The position numbers and the translations under genes were made by a program. Below the pieces are notes generated by a model, which worked only from the letters and a program-made list of their open reading frames with translations, was not told the origin of the DNA and did no database searches. Below, in pieces: positions 24,896 through 38,268 of a DNA stretch of 64,000 nucleotides. The stretch covers positions 49,540,001-49,604,000 of the forward strand of contig NC_045707.1 in the NCBI RefSeq assembly GCF_009834535.1, in the 5' to 3' direction. Source of the stretch: Camelus ferus. Lineage: Eukaryota. Each line of letters starts with the position of its first letter. Positions within the stretch are counted from its first letter, which is position 1.

Positions 24896-26017
24896 GTGGT
24901 CTGTGGCTCAACCCTGGCAGGAATTCTGAGCTGTCACTAGAACAGCTGGAAGGAATATCCTGTTCCCTCTTCCCTTCTTTTTTAACCTCTGTCAAACCTG
25001 AGAGGATGGAGGTTTTAGCTTATTGATGAACTACCCACAAAGCTTAATCCATTAGACCTTGCAAAAGAGAGAGTTTCAGGGAAATCCTTAAACAAAGACA
25101 CAGATCTTTCAACTGCATGAAGGCAAGTGGTACAGAAAACCAGTAAGATTGCTTAAAAATTGTTTCTCTCCCTCGGATGGTTGTACAAACATCCCATAAG
25201 AAGAGTACGATAATCTTTGGCTTACCTGATTTGGCGACCAGTTTTAATTTTAGTATTTTCTGTTCCCCTCAAATTAAAATCATTATTTGGCAAAGCATCA
25301 GGGATTCAGGCCCTCACTGGAGATTATCCCCCAAATCTCCCTTACCAGTGGTCAAGAAGTCAATTGGGGAAATAAAGAGGAAGTGGCCTCACTTGAAACC
25401 TAACTTGGTGAAACGAGTCACAAAAGCTACATAAAGAAAAACTTTCAGTTTAGTATGGTGTCTAAGAACATCTGCCTCTCTGACATGTTTGTCATTTCTG
25501 TTTCTGCCAACTTCAGGCAGTAGCCAATTCCATATTTTTTCACTTTATGATGATGCAAAAAGATTAGCCAATCATGCCTATTCCTTTCTATGGCCCAACT
25601 GACCCATAAGAAATTGTAGTTACCATATCCCATACTCAGACCAACCCAAGCCTGGAAGTTGTAGGACATTTTACCTGCAGGCACAGAAACTATAGAACAT
25701 GTAAGGTTTTTACACTGTGGTCACCAGTATGTGAAAAAAAACAAACAAATATCCTACATGTTCCTCTCGCAGTGTAGGCCAGTCCTTAACCCCTTGTCTA
25801 AGAGGCAACCTGGGTAACTCAGTATCAGAAGTCACAGAACATGCCTAGCAAGGTCAAAATAGACACTTGGAAATGCTCTGCCTGCAAATAAAGTATGGTG
25901 TTCTTATTACCATACTATCTACAAATAGAATGCAGTGTTTTTATTATTACTATCTTTTGCTAATGAAACTAATCTATTTCTTCTTGTTTTAGCAGCAGAA
26001 AGTTGAGGTTTCTACCT

Positions 26018-26117
26018 CTTTTTTAATTGAAGTAGTCAGTTACAGTGTATCCATTTCTGGTGTACAGCACAATGTCCCAGTCATGCATATGCATACATAT
26101 ATTCGTTTTCATATTCA
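26018..26117 (-). mobile_element. Very short L1 3' end (cetartiodactyl-type)
   Basis: TTTTTTAATTGAAGTAG..ATTTCTGGTGTACAGCA..CATACATATATTCGTTTTCATATTC. Confidence 0.8.
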
Positions 26118-26647
26118 GTTGTTAACTTTTGATTTTAGCAGTCATAAAATGAGGAAGTCATTGCATATGTCCCAAGAGAAAAAGAGTAAATCTGTTAAAT
26201 AGAGACATATCAAATTGCCATAGATGAAACTGATCATGAAGCAATGACTTCTAGGACCTTCTGTAATACTTTTCTAACTTGTATGAGTTATAAATGGAGG
26301 GATATATAAGACTGCATGATGTCAGTGTAGTTTTTTTTTTTCTCCAGCAGATACACTGAACAGTTAACTTGAGTTTATTTTTATTTAAGAATAATTTATG
26401 GATGTACAAGAAGAAGGGTAGAATGCCAAAGTTAAAATTAAACCCTGCAACCTCCATTTTCAATTTTACCAAATTTATTCGTCCTGTAGCATTGCTATGA
26501 TCGGACTTATCTACACTCCCTCCTGGAGTATATGCAACCATATCCAGACCACACACTATCTGATATATATATTACTACCATAGTTTCATTAAGTCTCAGT
26601 TTCTCAATTGATAAAATGGGGAAATAATACTTTTTTAGAATACTTTT

Positions 26648-26713
26648 AGATGTCTCCAGACATTGTCAAATGTTTTTTCGGGAGGCAAAATCACCCAAGG
26701 ATAAGAACCATTG
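26648..26713 (-). mobile_element. MER20-like hAT terminal fragment
   Basis: ATGTCTCCAGACATTGTCAAATG..GGCAAAATCACCC..AGAACCATTG. Confidence 0.7.
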
Positions 26714-28789
26714 ATTTAAGCAAATTGCTAGTTGTGACTTTAAAAAAAAAAAAAAAAAAAGCCCATATTGCTCAAAAGTTTCTTGTGCCACCTTCTAACT
26801 TACAAAATATTCTGACATCTTTCTTGAATAGATTACAGGAGTTTTATTATCAGCTTTTTTTTTTTGATAAAGCCTCAGGGAAAGAAAACTCTAACAGTAC
26901 TAAATATTTCACTTTTTACTTTATAAAAAACAATGGTAAATACCACAGCAATTTTGCCTTTTTACCATCTCCCCAAATTCACAAATCACACACACAAAAT
27001 CCAACCTAAAATTTTTTTAAGTTGAGTTCTTTAAATATTATGACAATTTAGTTTTATTCTTTGTCTCATTCCAAAAAGAATGTAATGCAATGTTAGCTTT
27101 TTAAAAGTACTTATTAATTACTCTCCAAAACTTAACTTAAAGAAAAAATAATTTATAAAACTATTTGTCATTTTTAGGTCTTGGGTATTTAACTTTGAAT
27201 AGAAAACAACATTGGTGTATAAGATGGTGTTGCATATCTTGCTTTTGAATAATTGTCAGCCACAGTGAATTAATTTGCAGTGTCTCTATCTAGAAGTAAA
27301 TTGCTATTCCTATGAGACTACTTCTCATACACAATCAATGAGTCTCTTTGTCCATCTGGTGTACTAGCTTAATTAAATATTCAGTGCTTCATTGTTTGTA
27401 AAATAAAATCAAAGCTTACAATCCACTATTCAAAAGATAACTTAGGTCTATATTTATTGATCTAAAACAATGTCCAAGAGATATTAAGTGAAAAAAAGCA
27501 AGTTCCTGAGGTGTTATATGTGTGTATTTGTTTAGAAAAAAAAAGTGTGTGTGTGTATATGTATAAGAATGAGCATAAATGTGGAAAAATAGAAACCAGA
27601 CTGAACTTAGGAAAGGAGCTAGAGGTGTGGGAGAGAACAAAATAATTTGGTGAAAATGAAAATTTCTTCAAAATGACAATTCAAAGTTTCATATGTATTT
27701 GCTATTTTTATGTAGTTCATTTAAATCTAATTATTCCTTTCTTCCATACTTTATGGGAAGGAAATCTGCCACAATCCAAATGGTCAAAAACTGTTACAGT
27801 TGGTTAAAATAGCATTTCAAATGTGGTTGCTATCTATAGATTAATAACATATGCATTTTAAAAGAGTCTTAGAAAAATATTCTGAAAGACATTCATAATG
27901 GATATCTCTGGCTGAATCTTGGGTGTACTTTAGGTTATTTTTCTCATCTGAATCTTATCTTTTAATGAATATGCAAAGTCTTTGCAATGAGGGGCTAAAA
28001 ATACAGGAAAAGGATCTGAGGAGTGGGGAGTGGGATGAAGAAGCAGTTGAAAAGTATGTCAGAAAACGCTGTGTGAATCAGTGGTCTTAAAATGTGTAAG
28101 ATCAGTTTTGAAATTTTGTCTCAGAGCTACTTGTCAAAAGCTGCTGGAGGAACTGAGTCATACTTTCACAGGAATCTCTTAGTAAAGGGGAGGAATGAGT
28201 TCCAGGAGATAAAAACAGGTTGGTGGAAAATGGCTCCTGGGGTTTTTTTCCTCTTCTGGGTATAAGTTTTATTTCAAGTCAAGATTTTTTGATTATATAT
28301 GGACATAGGAATACACCCTCCTGTGATTAGAAAGATAATTTATATGGGATTAAATCCAAGAATTCATTTTCCATTTGAATGAACTTCCTAAGAACCAGTG
28401 CCGCTCTGTTCTTCCTCATGCATAGACTTTATTTTGAAAACAATTGGTGTCCCAGGGATATAAACACAGCCTTTGAAGTTATGTTCTCAGGATTGGAGGT
28501 GATGCTCTCCCCGCTTGTTTAAATTCTTGGTGCAGGGGCTGAATCGGTCATTCCCAAAGTTCTCTTTCCTCCTTTTCTTTCTACTTGTGCAGAGCTGGCA
28601 AGCTATACAAAACCCATGGTTTTTAAGATGGTATATGATATGTAAGCATGCAAGTCCTTCAAAGGGGATTTTAGAATGTAGTCAATAAATACATAACACG
28701 TGCTTACTCCATATTATTTCCAATTTCTTAATTATCATTTCTTCTGAACACCCTTAGTTACAGCAAGACTAAAAAGTGAAACAATTTGG

Positions 28790-30560
28790 TCAAGGAAGTG
28801 TAGAGAGTCATAAGGACGCTAACAAAATTAGTTTGAGCTTGGACTGCATTTAAAAGAAGCACAGAAAGCAGGTTAACTGGAAGTTTCAACTAAGTTGTTG
28901 GACCACTGAGTGGAAGTTCCTAACTTAATGATCTAGTGTTACCGAGTCCACCCTCATACTGCTCACTGCATGACAGGCCAGTAAATCAAGAGGCAAGTTG
29001 TTGGGGCAAGGAATAGTGACTTTATTCAGAAAGCCAGCAGGGTATGGATGCTAGTTTCTGGTATAGAGCAAAGAGGGGCGGGTGAGGAGGTAAAGTGAAA
29101 AAGACAGTAAGTTGTTGCAAATATTTCCTGATTCCCACCAGATTCTAGAGGGGATGTGTCAATTTTTACTTCCCTACAGACATTCACAGATGGGCCTGGT
29201 CAGGTTTCCTGTGAGCTAAACAAAGGTATTTTAGCTTAAGCTCAGGTATGGGAGGCGAGTTCCCAGAGATGGGCCATTGTGTATACTTTAAGCTATAGGT
29301 GATATCCCTTGAGTGATTAACTTGTAGCAAAAGCAATAAAATACAAAGTTTAAGGTAAAAGACATAGATCCAATACAGTCAGATTTGTTCTTCCTTGTTG
29401 CACTGGAACAGATTTGAAGACTCTGAAACTCCATAAGGAAGATATAAAAAGGTATGGGAGCAGTAACTAAGAGCAGATTGGTGAAGAGATACTTTGGAGA
29501 GAGGTGCCTCAGTACTGGATGTCCCATTCTCACTCTCACAGCAGGAAGTGCGGTACTTACTACTCTCTTAACCCCAAGCCAAGAGAATAGGGCTTCAGTG
29601 GGACCTGCAGAGCGCTTCATGTGTGTGTCACCTAGGGTTGGGAAGAACACTGAGCTGGTGCCAGAGGAGCCTGGAGATTAGAGGTTAGAGGTCTGAGGGC
29701 AGAGCCAGGAGGGAGATGCTGCTGCATTGGGATTTGCCTGCACAATATGAGTTTCATCAAGATAAAGAATAAATTATAAATAAATATCTCATAGGGACCA
29801 AATGTGGGCCATTTTAAATAAGATTTTGCCCAAAAAGGCATCACTCAGAGGGTAAGAGACCTCCACTGAGTGTTTGTATAGAATGAACCCTAGGAAAACC
29901 ACAGCCTGAGGTTGGAGTCTAAAGCAGCAGATGAAAAAAAACGTTACATCACTTTAACCATGAGTATTCCAATGGGTCAGCAAGGAGATCTCTGAAGAAG
30001 CCACCAAAGTGTCCAGGAGGGAAAAAGCAAGTTTCACCATCTTTCAGACCCAGAGAGTATTTTATGCAAGCAACCATCAATGAGAAATAGCCTACCCTCT
30101 TACCTCCTTATCTCCTCCCTCACCACCTGCCCTCATCAAGTAGACCCTGAAGAGATCAAAAAGAGCAGCTAATGGGTTGATAGGGAAGGAGGTGAGCTGC
30201 AGACAAGTAGCCAACCACACCACTTACCAGAAAGCAGACTGCTTGCCTATAGAGAAGCCCTCCCTCAGGGGAAGAAGAGAAACAAGTGTTAATTTAGATG
30301 AAGATCTAAAACTTGATATTTTAATTACCAAATTAAGGTGGTATTTGGTGAATTACAGAGGCTAAAGGTCTCTACAGTAACTAAGAGTGAGTAGAAAATT
30401 CAGGAACCTGACAGACTTTTCATCCAGAAGGGATAGAAGACCTTCCACTACTGAAATATTTTTAAAAGATATTGAAAGGTTTAAAAAAAAACAAACAAAC
30501 TTGCATTTTGATTATCCAGGAGGTTTGCCTGTTTAAAATACCAGGGATAATACTTTCCAG
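28790..30560 (+). mobile_element. Ancient Gypsy-type LTR (MamGypLTR-like), interrupted by an ERV1 LTR
   Basis: Purine-rich LTR-like text; 3' segment TAACTAAGAGTGAGTAGAAAATTCAGGAACCTGACAGACTTTTCATCCAGAAGGGA recalls MamGypLTR; boundaries uncertain. Confidence 0.4.
28937..29402 (-). mobile_element. ERV1 solo LTR (cetartiodactyl-type)
   Basis: TGTTACC...TTGTTGCA termini; 4-bp TSD CTAG/CTGG; minus-strand AATAAA at 29021-29026. Confidence 0.88.
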
Positions 30561-30579
30561 AATAAAGAAGGTCACAATT

Positions 30580-31010
30580 TATGTTCTTCTCAGCAGCATT
30601 AACACCAGGATTATCCTACATTCTGATGTCGTACTTTAAGAGACATGTTGGCAGAGTGACCAAGATGGTGAAGGGATGCAAAAATCAAATAATCAAAACA
30701 CAGAAGGGACAGCTCAAGGAACTCAGGTTGTTTGGGCTGGAGAAAGTTTAGGCAAGACCCAACAGCTCATTTAACCTCTGTTAACAGGCTTGCCTATGGA
30801 GAAAGGACCAGAAATATTCTCTGTTGTTCCTGAGGGCCAGATAAGGACCAGTGGACAAAACTGAATGCAAAATAAGGAGACGTATAATGCAAGTGTTTAA
30901 AATCAAATGTTTTTTAATTACTTTTGGGTTGTCTCAGATGGCAATATATTTCTTACTATTGGTTGAGTTGTTCCAGCTGAGGCTGTGTGGCATTTGTCAT
31001 GGTTCTCACA
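30580..31010 (+). mobile_element. CR1/L3 LINE 3' fragment
   Basis: AGAGTGACCAAGATGGTGAAGGG, AAGGAACTCAGGTTGTTTGGGCTGGAGAA, TATTCTCTGTTGTTCCTGAGGGC..AAGGACCAGTGG. Confidence 0.8.
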
Positions 31011-31429
31011 CAGAGAATCTATTGATCATTTGGTTCTAGGTCAGACTACTAAAGACCCGTTTGTTTTAAGCCAGTTTGCCAAATGACCATCCACCAAACA
31101 GCCATTTCACTGAAAACCATTTCACCCAGCACCAGTTTGCTACGTCAACTTGTTTCCTTTAACAGTTTCATTTTAGTTGACTATTTCACTTCATCCTCAT
31201 AAGAGAGCACTTTAAGAAATATTTTATTGATTGCTGCCCTCGTTCTCTGGAATCTGAGAGAAAAGAGACTGAAGAGCAGAGAATATATTTAAGAATATAC
31301 ACTTTGTGTATGTGTGGGCATGTGTATGTAATATGTAAATATAATACATAACATATACATATTATACAATACTGTATGTAGTTTATGTATGTATATATTA
31401 GCATTTATCTCATTCATTTGACATTATTA

Positions 31430-31585
31430 GGTTACATACATACTTACATGTTAAATTATGAATTACCAAAGGTAGGAACCACATTGTTAGGCCATCGAGT
31501 GCCTTAATATCATGTCTGGTGTAAAGTTAGATAAATTAGTTCATGAATAAGTGAGTGAGTGAATGAATGAATGAATGAATGAATA
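31430..31585 (+). mobile_element. L2 3' end with (GAAT)n tail
   Basis: GTGAGTGAGT(GAAT)6 terminal repeat. Confidence 0.6.
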
Positions 31586-32899
31586 GAATGTTTTTGTACT
31601 GCTGGTTGCAAATACCATCAGCAAAGTCCCCAGTGGAAGCTTTAAGTCTCATCTGAACAACACAAAACACAGTTGTCCAGAAACCTTGGGTCCTTACCTA
31701 AAATCCAACTGGTCAAAGTCATTTATGGTTTTGAGGCAGTCTTAATCTGGATGACTCGTCAACCATGTCACCCTTAGCCCTCCATATTACTATCAGGAAC
31801 TACCATCCTATCAGTATCACTAATCCATCTCCAGTTTTTTTAATTTTGCTATTGTGAAGCTTAAAATACAACCATATTGTAGAGTTTGTAAAATGTGCTC
31901 TACACATTTAAGTCATTTGGTATATTCATATTGCTATGACTGGCAGTCACCAGGTGCAGTAATTACCTGGTCTGATTGCTCTCCTCTTTTGCTCCAGAAT
32001 AAGTAGTACTGTATCACAAGCTCTTCTTAGCTGCTAACCTATGGATTTCCAGTTCACAGTTCTTTTCTGCTAAATAGGCCATACTCACCTGAGTCACTGA
32101 AATTCTGCCAGTAAGATTTGGTGCCATGTAAGATGGCACACCTTTTCAATAAGTCTAGGACAGTTGAAGGCAAATGAGCATAACTGCATAGCCATATCTT
32201 AGCACCCAACCTTGTGCCCTATTTCTGATGACATCTGTAGGTTAGACTGAAGAAGCCACTTACTGTCTACCATGGGCAATTCAACTTCAAGTGACAGGGA
32301 ATATAGGAGTTTTTGATTCCCTCTTTATTTTCCATGGTCATAGTTTGTGTACACATTAAAGAGACTATATTTATATATGTATGTATATGCACATATATAT
32401 TTCTGAATGTGTATTATGTGTACACATGCATATATACACAAGTAGATGTATATGTGCACACATACATATACATACCCAAAGCACAAAATACCATCTTCCT
32501 AAATGATATTTTTACTTTTCTTACTTCTTTCACCAAGTTTGTAAGCCCTATGTCTTCCTTCCCTTATAATTCTCTTGTAGCATTTCATAGTTTTTTCCTG
32601 ATCATGTAAATGCTTCCCCCCCCAAGTCTAAATTTTGTTTTTAATGACTCCTTCATTCCTCTATTCAGCCACTTGAAATTAATTTATTTTCTCTTTGTTT
32701 TCCCTAACTCTCTATGCTTGTCTGAAGCGAGCTACCCAAAACTCTGTCAGAGATATTTTTTTTAATAATAAAATCAAATAAAAAGCAGAAGCCAATAGTT
32801 CTGACTCCTACAACTTCTTATAGATGTGTGTAACAGGAAAGTAGAGTACATGCTGATAAGTATTATCTCCCTTTGTAAGTTGCCTATGTATTCATGGAA

Positions 32900-33070
32900 T
32901 CATAGAAAATTACCATCGGCATTTTACAGAGAGTCTAAATCCATCCTTCATTTTACATAGGAGCCAATAAGGTCCACAGAAGTTTTATGAATTGCCCAAG
33001 ATCACACAGCAGAGGTAGATAAAGCCAAAACTGGAAGCCAGATAACCTAAGGACTCAATGTTCTTTTTAG
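32900..33070 (-). mobile_element. MIR SINE
   Basis: CATTTTACATAGGAG..AATTGCCCAAGATCACACAGC. Confidence 0.7.
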
Positions 33071-36000
33071 TCCAAAATATCGCCATCCTGAGTAAAGACA
33101 AAAAAATATAATTTCTAACGTTGGAATTCTACCAGGACAGCCCCTTCTCAGGGTTACATTACAGGAAGAGCATATTATTGGGGTTCTTCTGTGGTGCAGG
33201 TGGGGCTTTAGGACAGAAGTGACAAAATAGTAATCATTTGGGACAAATTCAAAGGTTTCAAGCTATTGTTGATACATTATACTTAAAAAGAGAAATAATT
33301 TGGTTGAGCTAAATACTATAAAATATAATTATAGTCCTTGGGAACAGCTCAGCAGAACTGGAGCTATATTCTTCTGTCTTAGCTCACCAAAGTGCTGGAA
33401 GATGTTCAAGAAGACCTTGTATAACAAGTGGCACACATCATTTCCTTTAGATTCTAAGTATCAGTGATCAGAAAATGTGGCATTTGAGATTCATTAATAA
33501 TCAGTGTCGATTGCCAAAATTTAATTGATCATATATCAGTGTGTATTGAATAAAGCTGGGCATTAGTTATTTCTCTGTGTGTGTATATATATACATATAT
33601 ATATATATCAGAAATATGGTTCTCTTACTGTAGCCTATATATTTCTGTTTTAGGGAGGAAAATTGCTGCTCTGAACCACCAGCTTTTCCAATTTAATCTG
33701 AATCTGACTTTTTGTCATCTTTATTTTTAGTCCATAAACTGCTCAAGAACGGATTTTTTTCTTTTCCCTCTTGATTCCTGGCTGGAGTTGAAACTGAGAT
33801 TACGGAAATACCTCAAGAGTGATTATTTCTATCCACACTGAAATGAGAAATTTAGGGATGTTTAGCTGAACATTCGAATGTTTCAGCTCTTACCCTTCAC
33901 TATTAATAATACCATCATCTGTCTTTCACATAGAAAAATCTTTCTTTAACTTCAACTTGAGAGTTTTATTTCTTTTTCACTTTATTTCCTTATAGAGTCT
34001 TCCTGGAGTGAGTCATATCATATTGAGGTTATACAGAAGGATGTTTTCAACCCAAAATGCACCCCCAGATTCATCGATAGGTGTGTCAGTCTTGAAATGG
34101 GGTCATTCGTGCTAAAGATTCAAACTGAAGCTTGGGCTCAGAGTCTTCTCCCAAATGCTGTTCCCACTTAGGACAAAACCATACAAAAGGAGGTGCACAA
34201 ATTCCTTGTAACCTTAGACTCCAGTCCTTATCTCTATGCTTTATAATAATTCACTTAATTTGATAATCATAGATGTTAGTCACAGAAAAGTGGTCTAAGC
34301 CTCCAAAATTAGCTTTTAAAAGCCTTCAGCTTTTAATCCCAAATGCCTTTTTCACTCATCTTAACCAGTTTAAATTAGGATATGAGCAGCTAAAAAAAAG
34401 GAATTGTAAGTTACATAGCCAGTATGGTGTTACTAGCATTCTACCAGATTATTCACTATCCACTCATAAAGTGAAGTGGTGGGTGGTGTCCTTTCCTGTG
34501 TGGATGTGGGTGAGTTAGGGAGGGGTTTCACTGTTTTAATTTTATCCTTTATTTAATATCCTTCCCCGATCGTGGACATGTCCTTATCCCACTGTCTCTT
34601 AAATCTTACTTTAGACTCCTGAACATAAAGATGATCTTACTAAAGGGAACAATCAAAGAGTTGCCAAAGTTTCTTTATTTTCTTGTAGAATTCTGATTAA
34701 AATACTGAGTTTTTGTTGAAACTTAGCAAAGTATTTTGGTTTATGGACATCTCTGTTGGAGTAAATTCATTCAGATCCTTTGTGTGAATTCACAGCCCAC
34801 TTTGACCTTCACCTCCCTTCTTTCTGCCTTCACTACTTCCTACAGTAGTCACTGACTCACACAATTTTCAGGCTGAAATAAGCCTTAGAAATTGGTCATG
34901 TAGTCCAGTTCTTCACTTTATAGAAAAGGAAAGCTGAAACCCACAAAGTTTGGGATGTTCCCAACATGACCCAATTAGCTAATGGTAGACCTGGGACAGA
35001 ACCCAAGATCTAGAACATCTATTCTTTTTACTCACTTCTCCATCCTTTTCCCCATTACTCACTTTTACTTTGCTCACTCTCTTGCCAAAATTCCCAGCTC
35101 TCTTGTCCATTGCCTTGTCCTGTCATGGAACCCACCTGGCAAACCACCAAAGTTGTGGTTAGTCCAGTGACTAATCTGCTGAGTATTGTTGGAAAAAATC
35201 ACCCAGTTGGGAACATTACTACCACTTTCATTTCAGTACCTCTCCCTCCTCTAGCATATCGATGCTGCCTAGACGTTGTTCCAGAATTCCAAAGTTCCTT
35301 ATTTCCATGAGTGTTGACCTTTCATAGTCAGGACTCATGCTCAACACAACAGCAATTCCAAACTTTACCCACTCTTCCCAATAGAGCAACCCAGCATCTT
35401 AGATCCCATAGAAAATACAAGTAATCCAATTTCTTGCCATCAAACCTTCAAACTTAACTCATATGCTGTCTTTTGCACTTCCTATTAAAATGGATGAGGT
35501 ACTTCCCATTTAAGTTTAAGCTTGTTTCCATGCTTGGGAATCACATCTTCTCCAGGACTCCCAAGGCGTTTGTTCTATTGTATTCCCCCCTTTCTCAAAT
35601 TTTCACTGCTAATGCTCCCACTGTCTTCTTCCCATAAGCATTTAAATGTATTCAAGCAATCTTCATTGTCTAACAGCAACTCATTAGTACCTTTCCTGGC
35701 TCCATTGCCTTTGCCAAGCCCTTAAATTTCAACATTTCTGGGAATCTGTCCTGATAATTCATTTTACCCTTTTCCCTGGACTATTACATTGAATCCAATT
35801 TTTTTTTCATTCATATTTTCATACTGATGACTCTCTCTCTCTCTCTCTTCCTCCAAGCATTTCCGTATGAAGGCCCTGGAAACATCTCAAAATCAACATG
35901 TTAAAACCAAATGCATGATTTTTCCCTCACAGACCTGTTTCTTCTTCTTTGTTTCCTATCTTATCAAATAGCACCACCAATCCAACAAGGCAATATCTTT

Positions 36001-36736
36001 AACTCCCAGACACCAAGTATATACTGTAAAATAGTTAGCACAGAAGTTCAGAAGACAGTATTTGTCCTGGCTCTGCAGTTTATCTCTGTGTAATCTTGGG
36101 CACATTGCTTAAGGTTTCTGAGCTTCAGTGTCACCATTCTGTAAAATAAAGATGGTAAAAGTGACCACTGAGAATTAAATGAAATAATGCAAAATGACAT
36201 CCAACCCATAGTCAGCTTTTAGCAGTTTTTAGCCTATTACTATAACTATGATGATGATGATAAGTAATCTGTACCTATCTGAAATCAAAGTCCACTTCTC
36301 TATGTGCCTAAGGCCTCAAGTCTAGCCCTGATTACTTTCCTCTCTCCTCTGAATTACTCAGAAGTTTTTCAGCCAGTTTCCCTGGCTCCACTCTCACCCT
36401 TTCTCCTCCAATCAATTCTCCACATTGAATCCATAAGTGATATGCCCGAAGTTTTAAATTCTTTCTTTTTCCAAGGGCATTTATTGCCTTCCCATTGCTC
36501 CTAGGTTGAAGTCCAGATTTCTTAGACTGGTTTAAAAGTTCCTTTATCATCAGGCTCCAACTTAACATCTCTAGCCTCATCTCTTGGTTTCCCCCATTCA
36601 CTCTTTATAGGAGCCAAAATGACCTTGTTAAAAATCCTCGAAACTTTTCAGGTCTCTCTCACACCAAGACCTACACATGTACAAGCAATTTTTCTACCTG
36701 AAATACTCCATGTACTCACTAGGCTTTATTAATTCT

Positions 36737-36884
36737 TTTGGAGGGAGGGCAGAGAGGGGATTGAGGGGTAGGGGAGGAAATTAGGTTTATTTATTTACTT
36801 ATTTAATGGAGGTACAGGAGATTGAACCCAGGACCTTGCGCATGTTAAGTACTCACTCTACTACTGAGCTATACCCTTCCCACC
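36737..36884 (-). mobile_element. Camelid tRNA-derived SINE (Vic-1-like)
   Basis: Minus strand GGGTATAGCTCAGTAGTAGAG (A box)..GTCCTGGGTTCAATCTCC (B box)..AAATAAATAAACCTAATT; TSD GGCTTTATTAATTCT 36722-36736 / GGCCTTATTAACTCT 36885-36899. Confidence 0.92.
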
Positions 36885-37070
36885 GGCCTTATTAACTCTC
36901 AATCATATTTCAGATCTCAGTTTCTCTGTCTTTTTTTCAAGAAAGCTTTTGTTGACCTTTATCTCACCTACTTTAGGTTAGCAACTTTCTTATCCATTCT
37001 TATAGAGTGACTTAATCTTCTCCTATCATAGCATTTATCATACTGCATTCTATATATTTATTTATTTGAT

Positions 37071-37478
37071 ACTATTAGTTTCTAGGACTGCTGCAACAAA
37101 GTACCACAAACCTGGTGGCTTTAAAACACTGAAATTTACTCTGTCACAGTTCTGTGTGCCAGAAGACCAAAACAAAGTTTTGGCAGGCCCACACTCCTTC
37201 CAGAGTCTCCAGGGGAGAATCTTTCCTTGCCTCTCAGCTTCTGGTGGTTCCTGGTGTTCCTTGGCTTGCAGGAGCATAACTCTCATCTCTGTCTCAGTCT
37301 TCACAGGGCTTTTTTCTCTGTGTCTTCTCCTCTTCTTATAAGGACATTCTAAATCCAGAAGGATTTAATCCCAAAATCTTTAAATAATTGTATCTGCAAA
37401 GACTCTGTTCCCAAATAAGGTCACATTCTGAGGTTCCTGGTGGACATGAATTTGGGTGGATTCTATCAACCCATTACC
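37071..37478 (-). mobile_element. MaLR solo LTR MLT1C-like
   Basis: AAAGTACCACAAACCTGGTGGCTT..TCTTCTTATAAGGACA..TCTGCAAAGACTCTGTTCCCAAATAAGGTCACATTCTGAGGT. Confidence 0.88.
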
Positions 37479-38268
37479 CTTTCAATCTTATTCACCAGAT
37501 TATAAGCACTACGAGGGCAGGAATTATACCCACACTGGTCATCACTGTAGAGTCAGCTTGGCGCATGGTATATGTACACTTAATAACTTTGGAATGAATA
37601 CTTTCCTTCCTCTCAATTTTCACCAAGCTTTTCAACCACGCTATCCTCTCATCCAACAACCTCAGTGCTCACTTCCACTTAGTCCTTTAAAATTGATTCA
37701 TGCTTTAACCTAAAAACTCAAAAAGAAATATTGAATCACTCACCTGGAAGGAATCCCTTCCTACATTAGTATTCACATAGGTCTTTACCTGATTTTTGTA
37801 AGAAATTTATAACTTTCTAGCTTATATTATACTTAAGTATTTCTTTTATAATTTGTTAAGAGCAAGGATTATATCTTTTTACCTTTATATCCTTCTAGAA
37901 GATAGCCACAAAACTCAACATGGAAGATTTTCATGAAATATTTATTTACTATGTAAATCTGGATTATTTACTGATATATAAATTCAGCTGTATTAGAAAG
38001 AGAGGTTTATTCAAAGGCAATTAGAGAGTTAGGTTTATTCAAATTCAAAAGAGTTAGTTTTAATCTTTTTTACTTCAGAAAAGAAAAAAGAAAATTATCT
38101 CAGAGTGCTAACAAGTATTTCTATTCTTTGATTTAAAATTGTCTAAAACCTATAAATGCCAAAGTCTTCAAGTTTAAATGCCCTGTAAATACTTTCTGTA
38201 GGTTCACTTATTTGTTTTGTTCCATTGAGTTTGTCTTCACCTTCAGGTAAGTTCGGCGATGTCATTCC

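Larger units (their letters stand above)
35030..37620 (+). mobile_element. Long fragmented L2 LINE hosting MIR (about 36040-36260), SINE and MLT1 insertions
   Basis: CATCTCAAAATCAACATGTTAAAACC, CCAATCAATTCTCCACATTG, GAAGTCCAGATTTCTTAG, TATAAGCACTACGAGGGCAGG L2 motifs in order. Confidence 0.65.

Noticed and set aside
31070..31146. Repeat array as CRISPR-like
   Set aside because: No spacers, short degenerate units, eukaryotic context.
36800..36880. tRNA-like sequence with A and B boxes
   Set aside because: It is the head of a SINE with AT-rich tail and TSD, not a tRNA gene.
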